Source: a virus (Duplodnaviria; Heunggongvirae; Uroviricota; Caudoviricetes). Taken from it: a DNA stretch of 6,030 nucleotides. The translations under genes and the position numbers were made by a program. The notes below the pieces were generated by a model. It was given only the letters and a program-made list of their open reading frames with translations, had not been told where the DNA came from and made no database searches. Location of the stretch: the IMG/VR virus record IMGVR_UViG_2711768069_000002, one strand, 5' to 3'. Position 1 is the stretch's first letter; every line of letters starts with the position of its first letter. Shown here one piece after another: positions 5,949-6,030 of this stretch.

Positions 5949-6030
5949 TTATTCAGTCGGCAGTGCTACGCGCCAGGGGAGCAGTTCGCCGACCCGGTTT
6001 ATCGGCCAGTCGGCTATGACGTCAAGGACA
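5949..6030 (-). CDS. Partial CDS, C-terminal 26 codons of a minus-strand gene continuing beyond the window
   Basis: On the reverse strand the last codons read …VLDVIADWPINRVGELLPWRVALPTE then TAA (complement of 5949-5951). The segment is GC-rich, unlike the AT-rich spacer 5854..5948. It is too short to identify. Confidence 0.3.
   Translation of the reverse strand, partial: VLDVIADWPINRVGELLPWRVALPTE

Overview
This window is the leftward early (pL) operon of a lambdoid prophage of an enterobacterium, with all confident genes on the + strand. Gene order is: N-type antiterminator, an AT-rich moron, cIII, kil, gam, bet, exo, small orf60a/orf63/orf61-like genes, a TraR-like zinc-finger gene, an Ea22-like gene, then three translationally coupled genes of unknown function ending in a DUF551-like protein. 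The recombination core (cIII to exo) is recognised from memory of phage lambda proteins; no search or alignment was run. Read directly from the sequence: the N gene stops before a lambda-N-like C-terminus encoded in the -1 frame, the long Gam isoform frame is broken, and Bet ends at an early TAG. The best candidates for undescribed biology are the AT-rich 156-aa gene between N and cIII and the coupled three-gene module at 4737..5853; neither has a function I can assign from sequence. No rRNA, tRNA, CRISPR array or transposase is visible.
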